This document shows positions 51,034 through 64,000 of a stretch of DNA of 64,000 nt, one piece after another. The position numbers were made by a program, and so were the translations under genes. Position 1 is the stretch's first letter, and each line of letters starts with the position of its first letter. A model generated the notes under the pieces. That model was not told the DNA's origin, searched no databases, and saw nothing but the letters and a program-made list of their open reading frames with translations. Origin of the DNA: Ostrea edulis (lineage: Eukaryota); assembly GCF_947568905.1 (NCBI RefSeq), contig NC_079167.1:57226001-57290000 (forward strand). Reading direction: 5' to 3'.

Positions 51034-52373
51034 CTGCAAGAGTTTGAGAAAAATGCTATTTTGAAAACAAAGATTCCATGTGGAAATGGAACAATTACCT
51101 GCACGTGTTCCTATTTTGAAATCTATAATGTTTTTCACTTGCCGTTTGTTGATTTCTAATTTTTACACTCTGGTCTCACCTATCGCCATCTGTTCTCGTC
51201 CGTCCTGGTACGTTAACATTTTCAGTTTCGACAAATATTACTGGTCCAATTTGGCGCGTAGCTTTACTGGGGTAAGGGGAACAAAAAACTGAATTTTGTG
51301 GCCTCTGCCCCCTGAGGGCTGTGGGGCGGGGCCAAAACCTAGATAAAATATGTGGAAATCTTCATCTCTACTCCGGGACATCTATATCTAGTCTAGTCAA
51401 TCTAGCTCATATATGAGCAAAACCTCAAACTAATAAGACAAACTTTGTTCATAATCATGATGAGCAAGGATATTTCTACCAAAATTGTTAAATCCAGTGC
51501 TCTTGGCTTCTATGGCCCAAACATTAAAAACAATTCCTTGACTCATGGCAATCAATAAACCAGAGTGAATACATGGTAATGATAACGAGAGAAGCATTTA
51601 TCGAAATTGGGAAAATTATGGTCCTCTGGGCAAGGCGTTATGGCTTATGATAGTAAAAATGTGTTACTTCTTTTAAATCTTCCTCTTGATTCTTGAATAT
51701 CAGTCAACCAGACTGTGCAAATGATGATAACGAGGAGAGGAACGTTTGCCAAAATTGCGAAAAACATGGTTGGTGGGTTAGGAGTTCTGGTGCTAAGGTG
51801 GGTTTTATGGCTCATATATATAGAAATGTATTACTTGGACACGGAACAGCCAAACCTAGTTATTTGTCCATGACTGTAGTGTAGAAATATTGAAAGAATC
51901 GAACACCACTTTTAAGATTCTGAGAGTTAGGGTCATTGCACCATCACCATGCGACACTTCCAGTGTACATGTAGGGTTTTTGCATGTGGTACACAGGTGA
52001 CTGGTAAGGCCCATGGTCTCTTGTGTTTTATTGAATGTAAGTACAGGATTATGAAAAACTGGATATTTTGAATTAGAAGTAAATCTTTAAAAAAAAGAAT
52101 AAATACCAATATTTAATATCCTATGTGCTGATCTTAATATTTTATAAATATGTTTATTTTTTTTAAAAAGAGTAAAAATGATACTTGTTTGAAATTCATT
52201 TCATATCTAATTTGTTAAAAACAGCTGATATTTAAAAAAAAAAATATGAAATAAAAATTATTGACGGTTCCAGGTTTTTTTATTATGTCAATGAAAAAAA
52301 AATCAGATTAGGAAGAGAAAAAACACCGCCAATTATTAAAATATATAGGTATATACATATGCCCAAACTTTAC

Positions 52374-52515
52374 CTTGTTAAATTTAACACATGGACTGGC
52401 AAATAACACACAGCAAACACCACAACAATAGCAATAAGCATTTTTGCCGCTCTTTGTCGGGATCGAAGTTGACTTTCTGGTCCAGATGACACCATTTTGT
52501 TCATTGGACGATGTT
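52374..52515 (-). CDS. GPCR ICL3-TM6 exon (EHRPMNKMVSSGPESQLRSRQRAAKMLIAIVVVFAVCYLPVHVLNLT)
   Basis: Acceptor ctgttgcag, donor AAG|gtaaag, 142 nt, phases 1 to 2. QLRSR..AAKML...V.VFA.CYLP motif. Not in the supplied ORF track because it has no qualifying start. Confidence 0.95.
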
Positions 52516-52920
52516 CTGCAACAGTGATAATAAAAAACCATTAATGACTAAGATTACTCCTTTAGCATTTTTTGTTTGCATTTGTTGTTATATTAAATCT
52601 GCTTTAAGCGTTCCTTATTGCATCTAGCCTTTGTTTAGGACACTCTTGGAAGCAATTAGCCTACTGGTTCCATCTGGGACCGCACACGCGGTTTAGAAAG
52701 GAGAAATTAAGTGCATTCCAAGTTCTGCGTTTGATGCGTAAAGTGAATTTCAATTTCATAACCGGTAAAGCTCTTCAATAAAGCTTACCGCCTTTCTCTT
52801 GGTTCTATTAATTATTGCAGATTACACTATGTTGAATATGTTCATAGACCGTCAATTAGTGAGCCCATAACTTTAAACAGCATAACATTCATATTCAACT
52901 ACAGTATTCATTAACATTCC

Positions 52921-52999
<79 letters not shown>
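52921..52999. repeat. Compound (AT)n(AG)n microsatellite
   Basis: Directly visible; lies in a GPCR intron. Confidence 0.97.
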
Positions 53000-53002
<3 letters not shown>

Positions 53003-53756
53003 AGAAGCAACCTATGCCGTAATCTTTGGATATTATCGTAAGAATAAAAAACGTGTTTCATATCAAGCTATACAAGCTTTATGCGATTTAACTCTATCGG
53101 TTTAAAAAGTAATCAAGCTAATTTCCTATTTGATTATGTATTCTCCGAGTTGGATAGTGAACGCCACATTTCGAAATATTCATGATAATGTGACGTTGCA
53201 TGCGGAATTTCGAAAGTCAACAATACGTGGTGACGTGAAAGCGTAGACAGCCTCTAGGCAACAGCGAGAAAAATTCAGCAATAAAAGACAGTCAGACGGA
53301 AAACAGGGTAGATGGAACCACTTTAAACAATATAGTGGGAGTTAATTTTCATGTTTAACATGAAATCACCATTCAGTCCACGGGCACTGGAAGTTAATGT
53401 AAATATATAGTATATCCATGTATAAAAAAGGAAGGGTAGGACACTCTTTTTGAGGCAAATTCGGGTTTGGGTTATTGTGGACGTTTCTCAAACGGCCTGA
53501 CGAGATGAATCGTTCACATATGCCTTACTTTCAATATCTGTAGGGTTTCGTTTCGTTCCAATGCCGTTCATTCGAAGAAAAAGATGTTTTACACCTCCAA
53601 GTGTCTAAGAATTTCGCAAGACTGTCTTACTTCCGGTTTAATCGCACTGAATTGAAAGGTAAGTTCTGATTGGTCAATGTAATAAACATTTATAAATTTA
53701 TAATGTCATTCTTATTGGTTCTGAAATAATGATAAGAATATTTGAACTATAAAATA

Positions 53757-53910
53757 GACCGCCGCGGTGGTCTAGAGGTTAGAGCGTTCGCCCCGCATGG
53801 GGAAGGCCGGGGTTTGAATCCCGGCCAGGACAGCCCTTCACTGGTCTTGGTGACGTCTCTATATGAGTGAAAAATTCTCTCGAAATACGTTAAACAAGAT
53901 ACAATCAATA
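53757..53910 (+). mobile_element. Internally deleted SINE (tRNA-like head joined to tail)
   Basis: gaccgccgcggtggtctagaggttagagcg...ggtttgaatcccggccaggacag runs straight into cccttcactggtcttggtgacgtctctatatgagtgaaaaattctc. Confidence 0.75.
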
Positions 53911-54443
53911 CATCGAACAAAATACTGTTTAATACGGCACATATACCTTTAAGGTAGAATGGGGAAAAAAATACTGGATATTAAAAAATATGTAGACATA
54001 ATAGTTCATGAAAATAAGATAAAATAGATAACTCGTACATAGATTTGCTGTAATTATCAATTACATCTACTAGCCTCAGCGACTAATCAACCAATAACAT
54101 AAATGTCAATGTCAATGTAATAGAGAGGAGGCGAGGGATCCTGGTCTTTAAATAGCGACATGATTTTTCAAAGTTTATCTATCTTCTTGCAACGAAGAGG
54201 TCAACAGAATAGTATGTTTGTGCACGCAACAATTAATTCACGAGCTTTTGACAGACGATATGATATGTCTACAAAATCATACCCGCAACATCTGGAAGAA
54301 GACTGACGGCGGATATTGCAACATATACGTGGGTTGTACTTGACCTTGAAAACTTTCTAAATCCAAGTTAATATAATTTGTAGGCTAGAGGGAATAGAGA
54401 AACCAATGTTAAAATTTGATATTTATCAAAGAAAAGCTCAAAC

Positions 54444-54816
54444 CTGCTTCAACAATCCCAGGAAGATCTTTCCGCCAAAGTTGTTTCGAAATAATTGCGT
54501 ATGTGTAGGCCATCAGGCATATTGGGATGGAATACAACACTATCAAAATAACCAAGTTATAGATCATATTGTCTCGGACTGTCCATCGACGGCTGCAGTA
54601 ACGGAGATAGAAGGTGACGCTTTCTTGGAACGTGGTAGTGACGGAATAGTAGACCAGGTCCGGTATGGAAACAACAATTCCGATAAACCAGATAGCGATA
54701 ATGATTCTCAGAATGAATCGTCTGGAGAGTCTCCGTGTCCACGGTTTACAGATGGCGAAGTATCGCTCCACCGATATTGCCGACAGTGTAAGTACTGACA
54801 CCGTCACAGAAGTTGT
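54444..54816 (-). CDS. GPCR TM3-TM5 exon (TTSVTVSVLTLSAISVERYFAIC...LWRKDLPGIVEA)
   Basis: Acceptor tctgttttcag, donor CAG|gtttga, 373 nt, phases 0 to 1. Rhodopsin-family ERY motif, TM4 Trp, ECL2 Cys; VSVLTL..I...R..AIC and LW..D.PG match the orexin/allatotropin receptor group. Confidence 0.95.
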
Positions 54817-57800
54817 CTGAAAACAGAAATATTTTTTCGTTATGTATTATATTTGGAACAGTGGTGTTATATATGTCACAAATAAGTGGATTCTTTCGCT
54901 GAACGCCGATCTTACGCAATAAGATAGACTTGCACTTGGATAACTACGATGTTACGTTTGTGGACTTTGGTATTTTTAATATGCAGTTTTAGATATCTCA
55001 ACTTTCTAACTTTTTGCTGTAAAATTACGAAACACAAAAGTTATCTTTAAAGATTTAAACAGACGATTAGATTTGTCCAGTAAATACTGGTTGCAATACA
55101 TTTGTTAGTAGGGAGAAACTAATCACAGAAAGAATTGCATAATGTATTATCATCCTATACAGCTAGATTGGGATGGACGGTAGAAGTTTCCGTACCGCTT
55201 GTGAACACTATAAAGCTGGAACTCTTACATGCATTTTACAGAGGCGTAATCTGCCGAAGTCCTGTGTGCCGGTTATATCCAAAATGACTAAAATAGCTTT
55301 TTATTGCACAAAAACCTTATTACGATATATACATCATGCAACCCTTTGTGACAATTTTGTCAAAACATTTTACGATTTTTTAAAAAAGATTTATCCCCCC
55401 CCCCTTCAAACATATTCCATTATTTTAATCATGGATCTGGATTTAAAAAGTTTTACTCCCTAGTCTACCGCCAGTACCCCTCAAAGTATTTTGATATACA
55501 AAAATCATCTCGAGTAGATTGAGAGAAAGTATGATCCTCAATTTCCACAACAGAGAAAACAAAAATGACTTTGAAAATATTTGATAGAGTGAATCAGTCT
55601 TTCATATGTTTTGTTGAATTATTCGTTCTACAAGATGACTGATAAAAATGTCACCAAAAGAATAGTACAGATATAAGGTATCAAAGTTCCTGCTAGAGTT
55701 CATTGTAATATCAAAGCATTTACCAAAGTAAATCAGAGTATATTTCTCTCTCTCAGAATATTGACGTTTTGCTCAAGATAACATCGGTATTATCTTTATT
55801 ACGGTTGTTTATATAGTTGCTCTTTAAAAAAAAAATTCTTGATGATGTAAAAGTTGACAGGTGATGCGGTACAGGTGATCGATGCTGTCTAACCTTCTGA
55901 CCTCTGAATGGATGATAATCACTTACTTCCGTTATCAACGCTAGTATGTCTGATCAAATTAGATGACATGCAGGTGCGAAGTATGGATTTTGCATGGAGA
56001 AGTGGGGAAATCAGGTAGTTTTGTGAAAGGTCTGGGAATTCAGCAAGAAACTAGCTAATCATAAGCCGTATATAGAGGATGAAATTTTTTTCCCTTAAGC
56101 CCCGCCTGGTATGCAAATTAAAAAAAGAAAGACAATCGAAGTACGTAAACTAAGATTATAGCTTGCAAATGATTTGACCATTGTAGCGTCTATGCCATTT
56201 AAACAGAATACCACGCCTTCAGGTCAAGTTAATGCATTTCAAATAAGGGTTGCATAGTTATCTTTACATTTCTTTATGAAATGTAATGATAGACAATTCC
56301 TGATGAACGAGCAGCAGATTAAGTAATGTGCGTATGAATACAGAACTACTCGATAAATATAGTACGTCTATTTTAACGGTTTGGAATTCCAACAGAAATT
56401 AAATATGCATGTACCTCGGTTAAATGTGATCTAGTCAAGGTCATGACACACTTTCAACAAGGTACAACAACAAATGATATTGTTTGAATTCATTAAGAGT
56501 TGCTGATTGATATACCTCAATCACAGTATCCAAATACAATAAATAAATGTATCGTGGAATGCCCTGAAATACTCATATATTCTGTTTGAATTACAAGGTA
56601 CTGTACTTTGAAATGCAAATTAATCCTGACTTTGCTTTTATAATGTACCGAGTACTTTGCAGACGATGCTGGGATGGTCGCCGGAATGTTAATTGCATGT
56701 TGGATAGCGGTAAAGGAAATGTATGTGGAACAAAACTGCTTGATCTTTTTACAGTTTGCTGCTGCACTGAAAGAAAATAATCCCCATAATGCACAACAAA
56801 ACCCTTGAAATGGTCTGTGTCCTGAAATTTCACGTATTGATTGCAGTGTTATGTTTAAATAGATATAAACCTGCAATTTTGCTGATTTATGGTACAAGAG
56901 AAATTTAATATGTACTGGTTGGGATAGTCTAGTGATTACGGCGCTTCCTTTGCAATCGGGAGACCCAGGTTCGAATCTCAAACCCGGAGTCGTGACAAAC
57001 CTAAAATATTTAACCTAGGTAGTGGTTGTTCCTTCCCCAAGCCCCCGGAGTTTCGAGTCTTTTGAATAGGACCTTCAACACGATCGGGTCGGCCCAGGGC
57101 TCCATGCATAAGTCAAAGTTCGTGGCTAGTGACGTCTCTACGTAAGTATACAATTCTCGAATAAATATTATTTCACGTTTCTTCGCAGTGCGCTCTATTA
57201 GGCAAATCTCTGTGTTGTTCAGTAATTAGCGAGAAATATTGGGTTTTTTTTTTATGAGGCACATACAAGTTCCGTAACGGTGAACGGTAGTGGCAAGATT
57301 CTGTCGATAGTCATATTTCTATTAAAATTGGCTTTGTTTGTTAACAAAATGATAAAATGAATCAATGCATTCGCGTTGAAACAAAGGACATCAAAAGATG
57401 ATTCCTATGATAGTATGTGTTGTGTGTGTGGTCCTGTTTTGCACTTGCAACCGTGTGATTTACTTAGGGAAGGTGTTTTATCTAATGCTAATTCTTACTA
57501 ACTTCGCAGTGCAGTATTGGTATTGGTAAGGCGACAGTTTGTAGTGCAGCCCAGATCATTAGCTTGATAATACGATGTTAACAACCTAAGTATATATATG
57601 TTGGCAACGTGGCGGGAATATTTGATTTCTACAATGCATCTTTTTAATGTTTGTTCTGATCCAAGATAAAATCTGCATGCAACTTTTCATCGCGTATGAT
57701 TTCCATAATTCAAATTTCTAAAAAGAAAATAAGGAATTTGGTGGTACATGTTTATCTCTGTCTGGGACATATTTATTTTCATAACAAACACGACTAGCTG

Positions 57801-60667
57801 TCGTATCATACGTGAAGGAAATATGATCTATTCTCAAGATACATCAAAACCGATGAAAAACGCGTAATGATGTTAAGTTAGGATAAAGATAAAATTGGCG
57901 CCCATTAATTAGTGGGCAAGACAAGGTATATAAACCGTTGTGAATATAGAACCCCCTTGTATTATAAAAATCACTTATACATATATTGTCTTTCTGCCAT
58001 ATCGTTTAAATTTACTTGTAGCACGCAGTTTTAGAAAAAGTAGACAATTGTTCAAATGTGAAGGCTTGAGGACGGACAAAAATTATGACGGGTAAACACA
58101 TTAGCCTATATGTGCAAGAACGCCGCACATCGTGTGTAAAGCTTTCTGAGTGATGGGATTCATTTCAAATACATGAGCAATGCTAGCAATTACGTTGAAT
58201 AAAAAAAATTCCTATATATCACTCTGCCAGATATAGTTTTTGTTAATGAATATTAGTAATAATGTATGCCTTTATTTTCTTCCTCTCCATTTGTTTTCTT
58301 CACGTTTGTCTTAGAACTGATGAAGGAACATGTCCCGAAAACTTGACGGTGTCTAGCTTTGTTGGTCGGAGAGACTGTGTCGCTGTTTGGCAACTGTAAA
58401 CAATTTCTAGCTGTGTTAGTCGAGTACTAGAACTCATATGATGTGAATATTTCCATCAGCCTGGCATCTGTATACAATATTTACCTCATCTCTGATAAAA
58501 GTTAAGCTGTTGTCCGTCTGTCTTTCTCGTTCACTACACAACTGCAGCAGGCATTTTCGATATTTTTGAAAATAGGTCCGATTTTTTAATATAACGCAGT
58601 CAGGTGACTGTCGCCGATCCAATCCACATCGTGGACACAGATCATCAAGAGTTTCGTGTCGTCACAGTAAAGTTAGTTTGATCTCATTCATTAATAGCAC
58701 TTCTAAAGCTGGGGATGTTTGGCATAAATTTCAAAACCGGTAATCGGTGGCCATACGTAAATCTTTATCCCTTCTAATGGGTAAAGAGATGCCTGGCTTT
58801 GTCTTCGCTGGAAAATTACAGAAAATCATTTGCATTTTTATGGAATTTGTCTTAGTTGTGACATTTTAGAAACTTTGATCTGACACGTAAACACGAATTT
58901 TTGAATTAACACAAGCGTTGTAAAAGACCGTTTGTGCGCATTGCGGTTTTCAATGTTCAATAAGCAAACAATTTCATACACTGAAAATTCCCAAAGTAAT
59001 GTTTAGAATACAGCAAACAACACGCCTTTGATGTCACAAGCTTGCAAAACTTGCAGAATATCTATACAGGAAGCACGTTTTTGTTTCAACGGGGGTGCTT
59101 CTCAAGCGAGATTTCTCCTTAATGCAAGCGATGGCGTCACAGGCATTATATTTATAGTTTCATTTAAGTTTTATTTAACAACGTGCTAATGACGCTGGAT
59201 TAATTATCGTTAGGAAACCATCAAACATCCGTGATTCCTCTTCAATACCCACTTTGTCGTAACTTTTATAAAACATTTCTGCATTCTGCAACCATCAAAC
59301 CTGTTTTAACAGGGAAATGTTCAGTTAATGAAGTCTTCCGATCGTCCGTCATATTCAGCGTGTAACCTAGTCATAACCCAGTAGTAGATCCGAACATCCT
59401 ATTTAATCTGGGCTATTAATATAATGTTGTCTTTGCAGTCAGATAGTCTGGTGATTACTACAGTTATTCTGTTTGAACAATCTAAGATAAAAATATGCCT
59501 TTGTGAGATTTCTTTTTTCACGATATCAAAACGTTGAATTTCTATGGATTTTCTGCCCCCTTTCTGCGGGTGCGCAGCTTCTATCTTCATGTTTCTTGCA
59601 TGCTTTCTTATCGCGTTGTTAATATTGAATTTCTGGTGTCGAATTGAATTGAATTTTACAAAATGTCGTTCTAGGTATGGAATTCGAGATCAATCTCTAT
59701 AAATGTTAGTTTAGTCTACTTGATATGCATTATCACTTTCGTCCTTTTTTCGGTTTGCAGGTTTCGCCAAAGTCGTAGAATGCAATCTGCTGCTATTGAC
59801 CTCGTAGAACTAGTGGCATTGGTGATTGACTTAGCATTATCTTGAAGCCCTGACAGTTAATAGGTCTTCATTTTGCATGTCGGGAAGGATTTGTTATTTT
59901 GCCTCGGAGTGCATAACTTAATATTGTCAGAAAACAGGTAATTTTTATGTAAATTGCGCTGTGTTTATACTGCGTTGTCGATAAATCTGGGATCAAACAA
60001 GTTTATCGAGGATAAATAACTGTCCTCTGTCAGTTGTCATACGCACGTGTGTTGATGCTAAGTATAATTCTTGTCATCAATTTGAAGATAAGTTTGTATT
60101 TTGTCTCCTGTTTTCGATCCATATTCAGCAATGTCTGGCAATACTTTACGGACACGTCCTGAATTATGTAAAGTACATTTATTTGGGTTTAATTGATATG
60201 AAACTAGAATCTGATCAGTAATTTATCGTACAACGAATCAGTACAAACATTTGCATACTTTCATCAACATTTTACAAATCCGGAAAAAAAAGATTCTTTG
60301 TATACAAACCATCATGTGTCTACAAATATTGTACAGCAGAAAAATATTTCAAAATGAAATAAAAAGTTACTTTTAAAAATGCTAATTTTTTATTTGACGT
60401 CCCTTCGGAGAATTTTCACTCATATTGAGACACCCCCAGTTGTAGGTGGAGTACCACAAAAGAACTAAGTTTAGCACTCTGAGACTTGTTTCGTCAAAAG
60501 GCGTAGACTTGAGACAAAATCTGCGATAATCTACCTGACGTATCTCTAGGTAGGTATTCTCTCTTGAATGCCACCTCATCTTTAGTTTTAGTTCCCTACT
60601 TTCACGAAAGAGGGAAAATTAAATCTCATACATCCGTCCATCCGTCGGAAAACTTTCATCTGCCTAA

Positions 60668-61868
60668 TGAAAGGTGGAAATAACGAACAGTGATCAATCT
60701 CATAACTCCTATAAGCAATACAAAATAGATATTTGGGCAAACACGGACCCCTGGACACACCAGAGGTGGGATCAGGTGCGTAGGAGGAGTAAGCATCCCC
60801 TGTCGACCGGTCACACCCGGCGTGAGTCCTATATCCTGATCAGGTAAACGGAGTTATTCGTAGTCAAAATCAGTGTGCCAAGAACGGCCTAACAATCGGT
60901 TTGAAACACGTCAGAACAGCATTTGACCCAATGATAGGTTGTATTGACGAAATATATCGTTATAACGACCATAGAATTTGCGAAATGCTGACTTCAATCG
61001 AAATTGTTGAAACCCCTGTACCATCAACTTGTTTGTCAGTAGCTTACCTCGATTTAAAAACTGACCATATGCAGAATAAGCTCTTGCGTATCGAATCAGT
61101 TGAGAGATATAAACACCATATGCAGGTGATAATGGAATATTGCTACATAAATATGCGAAGAAGCTGAAATCATCCCGTTTGTCATACAGTTGAGTTGTCA
61201 GTTTACCGTTAATGTCTACTTTCAGTAAAATATTTAAGTATGGAGCAGAAGTGGACGACTCTGTGGTGTCTTTTATTTCGAGCTCATTGGGATATATTGA
61301 ATGGACATATGAATGAAAGTTATTATTGTTAATAGCAAAACGTCGTCGATATATCTAAATGTCGAATTGAAGGCCACAGCAAGAGAATTTTTCTTCTCAC
61401 GTAGAAGTTTTTGAGTAAATTCTGCTTCATATGAATATAGAAACAGGTCAGATAACAAAGGAGCACAATTCGTGCCCATGGGAATTCAAACAGACTGTTG
61501 GAAGACCTGATCCCCAAAGACCACGAAGATATTGTCAATGAGGAACTCTAGCATATTCTTTATTTCAACTTCAGAGTACTTGTGCGTGGAATTAGCATGG
61601 TGTTTAACAAAGTAATATTTCACATGACTGATCACTAGATATGAATATTTCCTTTTTCAATTTTTGTTAAAGAAGCAACTGTCTATGATGTCAAAAAGTC
61701 TAGTCTTTAATTTATCGTGAGGAATGGCTGTGTAAAGTGTTGAAAAGTCATAGGTTTTGATGTTATTGATTTGGGAAAAGTTTTACGATTTCAAATTTAC
61801 TAAAAGTTCTTTAGAATTTTTTAGAATCCACATTTGATTAACACCACTTCTGGCATATGCAGTCGCAT
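60668..61868 (-). mobile_element. 5'-truncated, decayed Penelope-like retroelement RT (Naiad-type, RT at the C-terminus)
   Basis: NQMWILKNS...KTYDFSTLYTAIPH...*IPMGTNCAPLLSDLFLYSYE...FRYIDDVL...YDKRDDF...YGVYISQLIRYARA, then 3' UTR. Three in-frame stops and frameshifts; no endonuclease after the RT. Confidence 0.88.
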
Positions 61869-64000
61869 AATAGGGCAAATAATTCTGCTTCATGGTTTAT
61901 ATTTGGCATGCATAATCCTTGTGACCATCTCTCTTGATTGACGCCGAAGGGAACTGGTGCCCCTAAAAAAGTGCTTGTTTGTCGCACTTTTCGGCTAAAC
62001 GCATCCAGTGAAACTATTTCCTTGTGCAGAACATCAAAATGTTGAATGAGACCGTCAAGTTAATGTGCGTAAAGAAAGGAAGATGCTTTTGAGAGCTGTC
62101 CCAAAATACATCTTAGTTTACGTACTTCCTTTACTGACCAAAAACTGCTGAGCCCAAGTACACATAAACAACCCTGACGTCGAAATGTCACATTGATTCC
62201 TTCGATTTCTTTACAGATTCCTCGATATAGTTCATAAATCAGTTACTTTGTACGCAAATATTCGTTTACTTGTCCTTAATTGGATTTTCAACTATTTGCT
62301 TCATTGATTGCCAAAAGATGTTTACATACGAGTAATCAAGGGAATGAAAAAAAGAGATAAAACGTTACTAAATTAAAAGTGATACCAGTCATCCGACGAA
62401 TCTAAAGAACTGGGATTGGTCAATCAGGTTTTGTAATGGTCATTAAAGAGATCGAATGTTACCATCCCCGTATTGTTTCGTAAACATAAAACAAACATTA
62501 ATGGTAAGGATATTCAACAAAGATCGTAACCTATCGTCAATATGTGACATAAATGGTTTTTTCCCGGAATATAGTCGCTTATTACGTATAATAAACCAAA
62601 TATCACTGATGTATTTGCCTGATAAATCTTATATATTGAGGTTTAACATATCCACATCATTTTATTTACGTGACAAACCCTCAATTTATGTTAACGATGA
62701 ATGTTATTCAGAGACAGCTTTCTGCGAGCTTTTAACTGCCCCTGCAACTAAAAAGTTTTAAAATGTTGTGTCGTACATCCTAAATTCATATTAGCACCAA
62801 TTTACATTTCTGTTTTTTGTTTTTTTGTTTACTTTAGGAAAGATTACTCAGATACTATTAAGAATAATTGTTCTTCGTTTGCAGGAATTAAAACACTTAC
62901 ACATGTGCTTAATCCAACTTCTTAATGCTTTATCGTCTGTGGTATATTACAATTTTTTACATTTTCACCAGTGAGTGCACGTGAATACTGTAATTCATCC
63001 ATTGAATAAAAAGTAATATGTTCACACTGAAAAAAAAGAAAGCGATATCTTCACAGTGTTGAGGTAGCTGGAACTATAGTGAACTGCCGGAATATTCATC
63101 CGCAATATATAATCACGTTCATTTTTACAGTTGTATGTCTAATTAAATTGTCCATGTTTCGTGTTGGAATAACAAAAATAACATTGAGTTAAAGTTGTCT
63201 TATATCGATTTTTTCAAAATGTCTTTTGAATCTTTCTTTTTCTACGCAATATTGTTTTGAACGTCAATAAAGAGACGGCTAAAAGAGGTAAAAGAAAACC
63301 CCAAGAAAATGTAATAAACAGAAAATCAATCTTTTGTTGTTTTATATAGAATTGAATTTATTCCACTCGTCAAACAGGAATTCCTTTTTAATATATACAC
63401 TCATGCTTCGCATTCGTGAATATATACTTTCGAACAAAGCAGATATCATTGTTTAAATTCTGTCAGTTGTCCCATTTTGTACTCCAGCAAAAGATGAACC
63501 AGACTTACTTAATGCATCATGTTTTTTATTACAACGCTGGTTGCATTTAGAATAAAATTTGAAAAATCAGATGAATTTAAAATTCATATATCATATCTTT
63601 TCTAAAGAGTTAAAGAGCGGAAGCCCCATTCCATGAAATATTCTACATGATATAAGGTACAGGAGAGTACTGGAGAAAGGAACAGCTTTTTCTGGGGTGC
63701 CTCCCCGTGACATGATTTCATCCTGTTTGAATGGATTTGCAATCCATCCTTAGGCCGAGCAAAGTTACGATAAAATCTCACCTTTTACTTTACTGAATGG
63801 GTCACTTTCATCTTTTGTACTCTGTTTAGATCAAATCCTGGTTAGAGAGCCGTTGTAATTAGGAACCCCCCCCCCCCCTCCATCATGTTGTCCATGTTTA
63901 GACTAAGTCCTGGTGTTAGATGATATTTGAAATTAGAACTTTGTAATTAGAAATACCCCCTCTATCACGTGAGACTCTGTTTAAATCAAGTCCGGGTTTT

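Noticed and set aside
54406-54798. 130-aa plus-strand ORF
   Set aside because: It is the antisense shadow of the GPCR exon, with no independent homology.
56517-56981. 154-aa minus-strand ORF as the missing GPCR 5' exon
   Set aside because: It starts in a SINE-like head, lacks TM1 (GN) and TM2 (LAxxD) motifs, and has no suitable phase-0 donor.
61480-61790. Selenocysteine recoding of in-frame TGA codons in the Naiad-type RT (reported for some clam Naiads)
   Set aside because: One TGA replaces the Gly of GIPMG and the other is also one base from GGA; a TAA and frameshifts are present too, and I saw no SECIS-like core in the 3' UTR. Decay explains it.
1-64000. Remaining 60-125-aa ORFs in the supplied track
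   Set aside because: They overlap repeats, introns or the antisense of real exons and show no recognisable domains; this number is expected by chance.

Overview
This is AT-rich eukaryotic genomic DNA. The repeat families (tRNA-derived SINEs, ~165-bp satellite monomers inside Helentron-like elements) point to a bivalve, probably an oyster; that is inference from recalled repeat families, not a database hit. I assembled three spliced protein-coding genes by hand, all on the minus strand, with GT-AG introns and consistent phases: (1) the first four coding exons of a CDC14 phosphatase (2824 to 999, continuing past the left edge); (2) a complete 7-exon, 231-aa PRXL2C/AAED1 thioredoxin-fold gene (15821 to 10153); (3) the last four exons (TM3 to C-terminus) of an orexin/allatotropin-type GPCR (54816 to 48328), whose TM1-TM2 exon(s) I could not find. 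The rest, including ~32 kb between PRXL2C and the GPCR where I recognised no gene, is a mosaic of nested SINEs, MITEs, Helentron-like elements and decayed RTE, CR1-like, Crypton-like and Penelope-like (probably Naiad) fragments, with many hairpins and local duplications. There is no CRISPR array, rRNA or intact tRNA gene. I found no clearly new multi-gene system. The best leads are the PRXL2C-CDC14 pair, which appears to match human 9q22 in order and orientation; a TTAA-targeting MITE carrying a tRNA-like Pol III cassette; a 40-bp insertion with terminal inverted repeats (TIRs) and a 9-bp target-site duplication (TSD); and Penelope-like copies whose ORF ends with the RT domain.
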